A stretch of DNA of 24,176 nt, from positions 1 through 24,176 of IMG/VR virus record IMGVR_UViG_3300044293_000141; one strand, given 5' to 3'. Source of the DNA: a virus. Its lineage: Duplodnaviria; Caudoviricetes. Below are positions 1 to 7,356 of the stretch, piece after piece. Positions within the stretch are counted from its first letter, which is position 1. Each line of letters starts with the position of its first letter. The position numbers and the translations under genes were made by a program. Under the pieces are notes generated by a model. That model was not told the origin of the DNA. It saw nothing but the letters and a program-made list of their open reading frames with translations, and ran no database searches.

Positions 1-322
1 AACTCCAAAGCCTAAACCAACTCCAGAACCTAAACCAACTCCAGAACCTAAACCAACTCCAGAACCTAAACCAACTCCAAAGCCTAAACCAACTCCAGAG
101 CCTAAACCAACTCCAAAGCCTAAACCAACTCCAAAGCCTAAACCAACTCCAAAGCCTAAGCCAGAGGACACAGACTTTGATACACCATTTGTTGGTGGCG
201 GTGGGGGAGTGTCTTCAATTGTTTCAACCGATATACTAAATGTTGATACAAACACTCTTGTTCCAAACAACCTTTACAAATATAGAAAAACTGGTATATT
301 TGGACTTCCAACTAATTATTGA
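1..322 (+). CDS. 3' end of a Pro/Lys-rich repeat protein (partial, starts upstream of the window)
   Basis: The frame starting at base 2 is open and reads (TP[K/E]PKP)9[15 protein letters not shown]...GIFGLPTNY to TGA at 320-322, which overlaps the next ATG (TGATG). Not in the ORF track. Confidence 0.85.
   Translation, partial: TPKPKPTPEPKPTPEPKPTPEPKPTPKPKPTPEPKPTPKPKPTPKPKPTPKPKPEDTDFDTPFVGGGGGVSSIVSTDILNVDTNTLVPNNLYKYRKTGIFGLPTNY
2..163 (+). repeat. 18-bp coding tandem repeat, 9 visible copies (ACTCCA[AAG/GAA/GAG]CCTAA[A/G]CCA = TP[K/E]PKP)
   Basis: Read directly. The array may extend upstream of the window. Confidence 0.95.
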
Positions 323-990
323 TGATTCAAAAAACTTTTAAACATAATTTTACCCTCTCTGAGAGAGACATATCTGCTACTGAATTTAATATTGGTAGAT
401 GTTATGTAACAGAGGATGGTATTTTTCCTAGCGTAACTACGGTTGTAGGCTGGGAAAAGCAAGCATTCTTTAAAACGTGGAGAAAACAAAATCCAGAAGA
501 AGCAAAGAGAGTTACAACAAGGGGTAATGAACTCCATTCAACGATTGAAAAATATCTTAAAAACGAAGATATTGCATCTCTTGAATTAATGCCCAATGAT
601 CTTGAATTATTCATTCAAATTAAAGAAAATTTAGATAAAATTGATAACATAAAAGCTCTTGAATTTCCTTTGTTCGGTAAAATTATTGGTCTTGCTGGTA
701 GAGTAGATTGTGTCGCAGAATACAACGGAAAGCTTTCTATTATTGATTTCAAAGGAAGTACAAGAGAAAAAAGAAAAGAAGACATAGACAACTACATGTT
801 GCAGGCAACCGCTTATGCTCTATTATGGAGAGAGACAACTGGCGAAAAAATAGATAATTTCGTAATTCTTATTTCTTGCGAAGACGGAACTACTCAGATA
901 TTTGAAGACAACCCAATAAACTATGTAAGTTCTTTAATCGAAGCGATAAAAAAATATAGGATGAACAATGAACGAGAAAGATCAAGTTAA
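322..990 (+). CDS. PD-(D/E)xK exonuclease (T4-like cyanophage exonuclease / MGME1-like)
   Basis: Motifs PSVTT, RGNELH, AGRVDC, IIDFKGS and QATAYA. ATG at 322, coupled to the upstream TGA, is preferred over TTG at 319. Confidence 0.85.
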   Translation: MIQKTFKHNFTLSERDISATEFNIGRCYVTEDGIFPSVTTVVGWEKQAFFKTWRKQNPEEAKRVTTRGNELHSTIEKYLKNEDIASLELMPNDLELFIQIKENLDKIDNIKALEFPLFGKIIGLAGRVDCVAEYNGKLSIIDFKGSTREKRKEDIDNYMLQATAYALLWRETTGEKIDNFVILISCEDGTTQIFEDNPINYVSSLIEAIKKYRMNNERERSS

Positions 991-1369
991 TAGGAGAAAT
1001 ACCAGAGTTTGGGTAAAAATGAATGAAGATGCCAAATCTTCATATTTTAGAAATCAATTTATTCAAAAATATGGTGGTAAATTTGTAAAAGAAGGAAAAC
1101 ACTGGAAATGGGTGGAAATAGATTTCGAAAAGCTATTGATAGAAGATTTCGAAAAACAAGTAAAAGAATTTAAACCACCAGAACCAGTAATCAGAATAGA
1201 ACGAGGGAAAAACTATGTTTTCCTCAATAAAGAGGGAAAAGAAGTCTATATCAAAAATTTATTAGATTTTTGCACGGAGAATAAGTTAGTTCGCGGAGCC
1301 ATGTATGATTTAATGAGTGGAAAACGAAAGACCTACAAGGGTTATAAGTTTTTAAAAAAGGAGGAATGA
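968..1369 (+). CDS. Hypothetical protein with C-terminal NUMOD1-like HTH DNA-binding module
   Basis: The C-terminus IKNLLDFCTENKL...MYDLMSGKRKTYKGYKF resembles the DNA-binding tails of phage homing endonucleases. No nuclease motif seen. Confidence 0.6.
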   Translation: MNEKDQVNRRNTRVWVKMNEDAKSSYFRNQFIQKYGGKFVKEGKHWKWVEIDFEKLLIEDFEKQVKEFKPPEPVIRIERGKNYVFLNKEGKEVYIKNLLDFCTENKLVRGAMYDLMSGKRKTYKGYKFLKKEE

Positions 1370-1370
1370 T

Positions 1371-1499
1371 ATGGAATTAGTAATTAGCGAATCTCTAGGC
1401 ACTATTTTCTATAGCGTAGTTGTTTTTGTAACTGGTGCGCTGATAGGCCAGGGCCTTTGGACTTGGGTATCCAAGTTCTTCCCGTGGAATCGGAAGTGA
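1371..1499 (+). CDS. 42-aa single-pass membrane protein (missed by the ORF track)
   Basis: AAGGAGG at 1358-1364, ATG at 1371. Reads MELVISESLGTIFYSVVVFVTGALIGQGLWTWVSKFFPWNRK*, fills the intergenic gap exactly and is followed by a terminator. Confidence 0.85.
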   Translation: MELVISESLGTIFYSVVVFVTGALIGQGLWTWVSKFFPWNRK

Positions 1500-1502
1500 A
1501 TT

Positions 1503-1529
1503 GGGCGAGTCGAAAGACCCGCCTTTTTT
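1503..1529 (+). terminator. Intrinsic terminator
   Basis: GGCG-A-GTC[GAAA]GAC-C-CGCC hairpin with a GNRA loop, followed by T6. Confidence 0.85.
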
Positions 1530-1532
1530 GTT

Positions 1533-1540
1533 TATAAATA
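1533..1540 (+). promoter_or_regulatory. T4-type late promoter TATAAATA
   Basis: Exact gp55 consensus, just after the terminator and 5 nt before ATG 1546. Confidence 0.85.
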
Positions 1541-1545
1541 CCAGT

Positions 1546-3762
1546 ATGAGTGATACTTGGTTCGATCCTACTTTCATCAAAAACTATACCCGTAATATTC
1601 TTCCTCATATTAATAATTTGGAAGAGGGCTATTTCTTAAAACAAGAAAAACAAAGCCAAGCAATCGAAAGATTTATCGCAAGAAAAAAGAGAGATAGAGA
1701 GATTCGAACTGCTCGTAACAGAGTTAGGCAACAAAGAGCTGTTCATGCAGCCGAAAGAGGAAAGGCCAGAGAAATGGACATTCGCACAGGACAACCAATA
1801 TCAGGAAAAGGAGCTGGTGGATTCTATGAAGAAGTAGAAAAAATATTTGAAAATAAAAAATCTGGAGAAACAAAAAAGCACAACGAAAAGTTCCGTGGCT
1901 TCAAAGATTTCAGAAAGGACTTTAGATTATCTACAAGAGCTGCAATTAAAGGAGATGACCGCGAAAAGGATAAACTAAGAAAAAGAGAAGAACGAAGATT
2001 AAATGAATTATTTTCAATTCAATCAATAAAGGTAATAAATGAGCAAGAAGAAGAACAAACAGAAGATCAACCAGCCGATCAAGGACAAGAAGAAGCTTCT
2101 CAAGGAGAGGGAGCTATTCAACAAGAAGGTCTTGTTCCTCCTCCTTTTGAACTCATCTTCGAACAACTTAAAGGACTTAGATCTAAAGTAAAAAACGTAT
2201 TCGAAAATCTCAGTAACATTTCCTATAAGATTCTATCGGAAAAATTTAGAGTGTTTTCAGTAAATAAAGATGATAGAGATTTTCAGATAGAAAATGCTGT
2301 TATTCTAATTTCTAGAATTTGCTCTGGTGCTTCTGAGCAAGAACTACAAATTATGCAGCAATTTGAGGGTGGTAGATTCTTTGACTTTGATGAGGAAGCA
2401 TTTGAAATTGCTAGAAATCTTCTATCCAATCTAGGCGAATCTTGCTTTCAGAATCTAATTTTTATAAACGAACTGGGAACACAAGCTGATATTCCTGGTG
2501 GAGGAAGAACACAGATTCTTTGCGGTCAAAATACTTTTAAGATAGTGACCGGGAAAGTTTATGTGAAAGAAAGTACAGATTCTCCGAACTATGGTGTTAA
2601 ATTGCAAAATGTAATTAGAATGCTAATTCCAATGAGTATTCCAAACACACCAGAGACAGAACAGTTTGATCAGATGCATATGTTTATCGAACCACTAAGA
2701 CGGCAGCTGTTAAAGTTCTCAAGTGTTCTGGTAGATGATACAAATCCACTTACACAAACACCAGAGGGAATGCAAATTGTTTATGCAAATGGTTTACTAC
2801 AGAATAATCAAATTCCTGAAAATGCAAAACTTTCTACAGTAAACAATTTGATACAGCAGTATGCTAATCAAATAATGAGTGATGTAAAAACATTCAAGAA
2901 GTCATTTTTCATGGAAAATCTTAAACTTATGTTGACGAGATATTTCCTATCTGGATTTAATCAAATGGATCCAAGAAATAATGCTACTCACCTTTTAACT
3001 GATAATGGGTTATTCCTAATCAGTGATGATTTGATTGCTTCATACACAAAAGAAGCTGATATAGAAATAAGACTAAAAAAATCTAAAAAGTCTTCTATTG
3101 GTAGAAAAGAAAAGGGAAGCACTATTTCCAAGTCTATAGAAAAAAATAGAGCAATAGTAGAGCAAGTTATGCAAGACATGCAACCAGTCTTGACTCCAGA
3201 TCAAATCTTGATAGATGGGGGAGAAGTAATAAGAAATCTTGACTTTACTTTCTACACAATGATCTTAGATAATTTTGACTTGGATTTTAGCATGTCTCTA
3301 AATCCAGGATATACTGTATCAACAAAAGAAAAGAAGAAAAACGAATACAACATAGTAAAAATAAAGGATAAAGAATTTAAAATTCCTGTGCGTATGGATC
3401 GCGGAGACATGAGCACAAAAACAATAAAAGAAGAATTTGAGACTTTATTCTCTTTAAGAGAAAAAAAAGAACTTATAATTGAAAAGCTCAGGGGATACGA
3501 AAAGAAATACTCTCAAAAGACCAGTCATCACAGATCAAATAGAAATAAGGCTAGAAGAGCCGCAGAGAAAAAATTCGGTGCTGCCGCCATGAAAGGTAAG
3601 GATGTGGACCACAAAGACGGTAACCCCATGAATAATTCCCCAAGTAATCTTCGTCTAAGAAGCAGGGGCGAAAATAGATCCGATAATGGTCATCACAAGG
3701 GAGAACCCCATAAGAAGGCCATGAAAGGAATCACTAATACATTCAAAGGGAAGGATAAGTAA
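1546..3762 (+). CDS. Large late protein (738 aa) with C-terminal HNH-type (H-N-N) module; probable processed internal head protein
   Basis: C-terminal DVDHKDGNPMNNSPSNLRLRSRGEN and many I/L-x-E sites. Start moved to ATG 1546 because TTG 1501 lies upstream of the terminator and promoter. Confidence 0.7.
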   Translation: MSDTWFDPTFIKNYTRNILPHINNLEEGYFLKQEKQSQAIERFIARKKRDREIRTARNRVRQQRAVHAAERGKAREMDIRTGQPISGKGAGGFYEEVEKIFENKKSGETKKHNEKFRGFKDFRKDFRLSTRAAIKGDDREKDKLRKREERRLNELFSIQSIKVINEQEEEQTEDQPADQGQEEASQGEGAIQQEGLVPPPFELIFEQLKGLRSKVKNVFENLSNISYKILSEKFRVFSVNKDDRDFQIENAVILISRICSGASEQELQIMQQFEGGRFFDFDEEAFEIARNLLSNLGESCFQNLIFINELGTQADIPGGGRTQILCGQNTFKIVTGKVYVKESTDSPNYGVKLQNVIRMLIPMSIPNTPETEQFDQMHMFIEPLRRQLLKFSSVLVDDTNPLTQTPEGMQIVYANGLLQNNQIPENAKLSTVNNLIQQYANQIMSDVKTFKKSFFMENLKLMLTRYFLSGFNQMDPRNNATHLLTDNGLFLISDDLIASYTKEADIEIRLKKSKKSSIGRKEKGSTISKSIEKNRAIVEQVMQDMQPVLTPDQILIDGGEVIRNLDFTFYTMILDNFDLDFSMSLNPGYTVSTKEKKKNEYNIVKIKDKEFKIPVRMDRGDMSTKTIKEEFETLFSLREKKELIIEKLRGYEKKYSQKTSHHRSNRNKARRAAEKKFGAAAMKGKDVDHKDGNPMNNSPSNLRLRSRGENRSDNGHHKGEPHKKAMKGITNTFKGKDK

Positions 3763-4388
3763 TGTTTGAATTTGACCCTAGACTTATAGAATACGGTATA
3801 GCTACCGCTTCATTTCTTGTTGGTGCTTATTTCGGAATAAAAAAGATCAAGGATAAACTTTTATCCGATAAAAAGAAAAAAGAAGGTAAGGAATACTGGA
3901 ATATTCATTCAGAGATTCACGAAATCCTTACCGAACTTCGTATTCGTACAGACGCTGCAAGAGCACAAATCATTCAATTCCACAACGGCGAATATTTCAT
4001 GGATGGTGTATCGATGAAGAAAATGAGCCTGACTCACGAATCTCTTCGTTCTGGCATCAGTGCAGAAGTATATCAAAAGAAAGATGTTCTTATCTCTGCC
4101 TATATCGATTTTATTCGTTCTATATTGGACACAAAATATAAGTTTGAAATTGTGGCCGCAATGAAAGAATCATATCAGAAGCAGCTTTTCATCTCAAGTA
4201 ATGTTATTGCTTACATGGCAATTCCTCTTCAAAGCAAAGGGGTAAATGTTGGCTATACGATAGTACATTGGTGTAGCGACGAAAAAGTAAGTCAACTAAA
4301 AGAACAACTTGCTGCTGAAGAAATCAAACACGCAAAAGATAGAATCGAAGTTCAATTGAGTCATCAAATAGTACTAGGAACATCATGA
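3762..4388 (+). CDS. Membrane-anchored protein with probable GAF-like domain; possible T4 gpT-type holin
   Basis: N-terminal hydrophobic helix YGIATASFLVGAYFGI, then a helix-strand pattern (LTELR...RAQIIQFHNG...YMAIPL...VGYTIVHW) typical of GAF folds. The holin role is inferred only. Confidence 0.5.
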   Translation: MFEFDPRLIEYGIATASFLVGAYFGIKKIKDKLLSDKKKKEGKEYWNIHSEIHEILTELRIRTDAARAQIIQFHNGEYFMDGVSMKKMSLTHESLRSGISAEVYQKKDVLISAYIDFIRSILDTKYKFEIVAAMKESYQKQLFISSNVIAYMAIPLQSKGVNVGYTIVHWCSDEKVSQLKEQLAAEEIKHAKDRIEVQLSHQIVLGTS

Positions 4389-5275
4389 AATTTATAAATG
4401 AAGTCTATCGTAATTCAGGTCTTGGAAAATGGTTCCATGATGAATCAGCCGGGGGTAAACCTGGATGGGATAGATATAACTCTAAAGGAGAGCGTGTAGG
4501 TGAGTGTGGTGATGCTAAGAAAGGTGAACCTTATGCAGCCTGCCTCTCAAAACAAAAGGCCGCAAAACTAGGAAAAGAAAAGATAGGAAGTTTTGTGGAA
4601 AGAAAAAGAGCTGCACAATCTAAAGCTGGTAGAGGTAAGAAGGGTTCTGGCCGCAAAGGAAAGAAGCCCATCAATGTCGATACTGGTGTAAATGAACAGT
4701 ATGACGTAGATAAAAAAGGTCCTTCAACAACTCCGGGCCAAAAAATGGACATTGATAAGCGCAATAAACGGTTTAAGACTCCACCTTGCATGATAGATAA
4801 TAAACAAGTGGAGCAACCAGAATATATGGATAAAATTATAAAAAATAAATCTGTTCGCCAAATAATAGAAGAAGCTAAAGAAATAAACGAAATGATGGAG
4901 CTTCTTGAAAAGAACAGTCCAACTAATAAGAAATTGTGGTCTAAGGCAAAGTCTCTTGCTCGACAGAAATTCGATGTATATCCTAGCGCATATGCTAATG
5001 CTTGGGCAGCAAAATGGTATAAAAAGAAGGGTGGGGGGTGGAGAGCCTTAAAAGAAAACGAAGCACCATATGTCGATTCTGCTCAAGACATTGATTCTGA
5101 TCCAGAAGAGGCAAAAATGGCAAATGATTCTGCATTTAAACCAGAAAAATTAGAGGATGATTTACCAGTCGAAAAATTATTAAAAAATAGAAATAAATTT
5201 AATAATATTAAGCTACGTTTAGAATATTTTAAAAATTTAATAAATAGATCAAAGGAACTCAATGAAGAAATTTAA
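4385..5275 (+). CDS. Conserved basic hypothetical protein of T4-like aquatic phages (GLGKWF and YPSAYAN modules); probable internal head protein
   Basis: Modules GLGKWF...W.R...GEC...YAAC...RKR and NSPTN..LW..AK..AR.KFDVYPSAYAN.WA.K.YK..GG.W, each bounded by I/L/V-x-E sites. Confidence 0.65.
   Translation: MKFINEVYRNSGLGKWFHDESAGGKPGWDRYNSKGERVGECGDAKKGEPYAACLSKQKAAKLGKEKIGSFVERKRAAQSKAGRGKKGSGRKGKKPINVDTGVNEQYDVDKKGPSTTPGQKMDIDKRNKRFKTPPCMIDNKQVEQPEYMDKIIKNKSVRQIIEEAKEINEMMELLEKNSPTNKKLWSKAKSLARQKFDVYPSAYANAWAAKWYKKKGGGWRALKENEAPYVDSAQDIDSDPEEAKMANDSAFKPEKLEDDLPVEKLLKNRNKFNNIKLRLEYFKNLINRSKELNEEI
5239..5246 (+). promoter_or_regulatory. Late promoter variant AATAAATA
   Basis: One mismatch to TATAAATA, followed by an AAGGA RBS and ATG 5262. 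Confidence 0.55.
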
Positions 5276-5744
5276 AGAAATATTATCTCTTATAGAATCT
5301 GAATCTTTTGATGGTGGTGGATTTGGTGAGCCATTCCAACCAACAAAAACAACCAGAACCGCAGCAAGTGATTTTGGTGTTCATCGTGTAGAAAACGATA
5401 CACAACAAAATAGAATAAATGCATTTTTATCAACCTTCGCTGGTAGAGAATATATCGAACCAAGGGGTGCTTTATCTCTTCTGAGAGCAAAAATGAACAT
5501 TATGGGTTTAGATTTTGATTTTACTCCAAAGACAAAATTAATGCCTGGACCAAATATTTTTACTCTAAAACGATTTGGAGGAACATTTGGAACTACTCCA
5601 GAGCATGATCTACTAAAAGATGGATTCCTAGTAACTGATGGAATAAAAGAATTTAATAACGGTAAAGGTTTAAACCTAATTATTGATGTAGTAATAACAG
5701 CAAATAACTTGTATAAGTTTAATTTTTCATTAGTACCTAATTAA
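5262..5744 (+). CDS. Hypothetical late protein with capsid-targeting-like N-terminus
   Basis: Begins MKKFKEILSLIESE. Has an RBS and overlaps both neighbouring genes. Confidence 0.7.
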   Translation: MKKFKEILSLIESESFDGGGFGEPFQPTKTTRTAASDFGVHRVENDTQQNRINAFLSTFAGREYIEPRGALSLLRAKMNIMGLDFDFTPKTKLMPGPNIFTLKRFGGTFGTTPEHDLLKDGFLVTDGIKEFNNGKGLNLIIDVVITANNLYKFNFSLVPN

Positions 5745-6130
5745 TGAACGACTTTTGTATGCTGACGGAAAAAAATTTTGAAATATTTGCTAAATTAAAT
5801 TACAATAACCCGTCTTGTATATCCATTGATGAATTTAATGATGATATAAAGAGAATAAAATATATTAAGAGATTGTTTTTAAAATACGAAACAGAAAGGC
5901 AACTAAAAGATACTTTAATAAAGAATCATATTTTAATCTTAACAAATTTGTTTGGTATAGAAAATACTATTAGAATGTTATATTTTAAAATAGAGAAAAA
6001 ATATCACGGATTCCTAAAAGCATTTTTATTAAGCCTTGAAATACTACCAGCAAAGATACCAGAAGTAAATCTAGACTTAATTCAGCCCGATCCTAGAATA
6101 CAAAGACTAATACAAAAAAATGATAAATGA
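5744..6130 (+). CDS. Conserved hypothetical protein of T4-like phages
   Basis: The pattern LTE.NF..FA...Y.NP.C....EF..D.KR.KYIKRL...LI.NH...L.N.FG is recalled from cyanomyophage core hypotheticals. TAATG coupling. Confidence 0.7.
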   Translation: MNDFCMLTEKNFEIFAKLNYNNPSCISIDEFNDDIKRIKYIKRLFLKYETERQLKDTLIKNHILILTNLFGIENTIRMLYFKIEKKYHGFLKAFLLSLEILPAKIPEVNLDLIQPDPRIQRLIQKNDK

Positions 6131-6653
6131 ATCCATATCATCTGCTGGACTTTTGGTTAGATCTTTTACGATCTACAAGTTTTTGATGTTGCTAGCAGCC
6201 CCGTATACCAGCATGGATGCTTTTCAAAAAGGGTACATTGACATGCGGGGTAATTTTAAGCAAAATTTAGACCTATTATTGAGAGCAAATAAAATAGATC
6301 CACTTGAAGTTATAATTATTAAGCTTAAAAAGTTTTTATCAATGGTTCCAAATCCTGGAGTTAGAGGATCACTTAATAATCAATTAGCTATTTTAGATTT
6401 ATTTTTAAGTGAAATGTACAAATATGAAGTAAATCCACACGAATCATTATATTTGCTTGAAACTCACTGTTTAAAAGAAGGATTTTCTCTATTGGATTTC
6501 CTTGTTGAAGATATGACTGTTGGTAGTGGGGATGTTGCTGGTCTTTTAATTACTGATATTATTGGACCAAAACAAGAAGAATTAAAAGATCCATATAGAG
6601 AAAAAAAGAAGCTTTTGAAAAGAAAGCCTCTAGAAGATCAAATCGAAGAATAA
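6120..6653 (+). CDS. Conserved hypothetical protein of T4-like phages
   Basis: The motif YKFL..L..P....DAF..G.ID..GN is recalled as the usual partner downstream of the previous family. Confidence 0.65.
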   Translation: MINESISSAGLLVRSFTIYKFLMLLAAPYTSMDAFQKGYIDMRGNFKQNLDLLLRANKIDPLEVIIIKLKKFLSMVPNPGVRGSLNNQLAILDLFLSEMYKYEVNPHESLYLLETHCLKEGFSLLDFLVEDMTVGSGDVAGLLITDIIGPKQEELKDPYREKKKLLKRKPLEDQIEE

Positions 6654-6659
6654 TCTCAG

Positions 6660-6667
6660 TATAAATA
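6660..6667 (+). promoter_or_regulatory. T4-type late promoter TATAAATA
   Basis: Exact consensus in an intergenic gap, with GGAGG RBS at 6673-6677 and ATG at 6683. Confidence 0.85.
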
Positions 6668-6682
6668 ACTCTGGAGGTTATT

Positions 6683-7117
6683 ATGCCGACTGAGTTGATT
6701 TCATTGATAGGCGGAAGCCTTACTGGATTTTTATTCAGATTCATGGCTCAAAAGAGCCAGGATCAGAAGGAAATTTTTGAGCGTCTAATTACTGCTAACA
6801 AGCAGACCACTGAGAACCAAAACAAGGCGGCTCAAAGAGTTCCCCTAGATGTCGGCAAGGGAGTGCGACAGCTAATCGTTCTAACCGTTCTATTCGGAAC
6901 CATTGCTGCTCCTTTCATTCTTCCTTTCTTTGGAGTTCCTACCTTCGTTGAAGTTGATAGCAGCAATCCAGAAGCTATTTTTGGTTTGATTCCAGAAACT
7001 ACCAAGAAGTATTTTGTTGAGATCAACGGATATCTTTATACTTCTGAGAACAGACAAATTCTAGTTGCAATCGTAGGATTCTATTTCGGTACAGCCGCAG
7101 CAGGGAGGAAGTCATGA
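6683..7117 (+). CDS. Putative holin (3-TM, GTA-holin-like)
   Basis: Three hydrophobic segments, a helical linker and C-terminal AIVGFYFG. Lies under a late promoter and precedes a lipoprotein. Confidence 0.6.
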   Translation: MPTELISLIGGSLTGFLFRFMAQKSQDQKEIFERLITANKQTTENQNKAAQRVPLDVGKGVRQLIVLTVLFGTIAAPFILPFFGVPTFVEVDSSNPEAIFGLIPETTKKYFVEINGYLYTSENRQILVAIVGFYFGTAAAGRKS

Positions 7118-7356
7118 GAAAATTTTGGGCATTAATTCTAGTCATAGCATTGGCCTTTGCTGCCTGTGCCACCAACCCAGAAATAGTTCCAGATACAACT
7201 GGAGACAGTGTAATCATGCTGGACATCAAGAGCCAGATCGAAAACAACAAAATGGTAAGGGATGATTATGGCTGGGTAATCTGGTATCTACCAGTTCTTT
7301 TCCTTGTTGTTGCCTGGGGTTGGAAAGAATTTTTCGGTAAGAAAAAGGGAGAATAA
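7114..7356 (+). CDS. Lipoprotein with C-terminal TM helix; candidate unimolecular spanin
   Basis: Signal peptide II MRKFWALILVIALAFAA|C18, TM helix W54-W70, basic tail. ATGA overlap with the holin-like gene. Confidence 0.6.
   Translation: MRKFWALILVIALAFAACATNPEIVPDTTGDSVIMLDIKSQIENNKMVRDDYGWVIWYLPVLFLVVAWGWKEFFGKKKGE

Noticed and set aside
2-990. CRISPR array with cas4
   Set aside because: The repeats are contiguous coding units with no spacers, and the nuclease lacks the Cas4 four-Cys Fe-S arrangement.
1395-1608. Minus-strand ORFs 1395-1580 and 1402-1608, the TTG start at 1501, and a structured ncRNA or ribozyme here
   Set aside because: The region is fully explained by the 42-aa gene, terminator, late promoter and ATG 1546. 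There is no hammerhead CUGANGA core.
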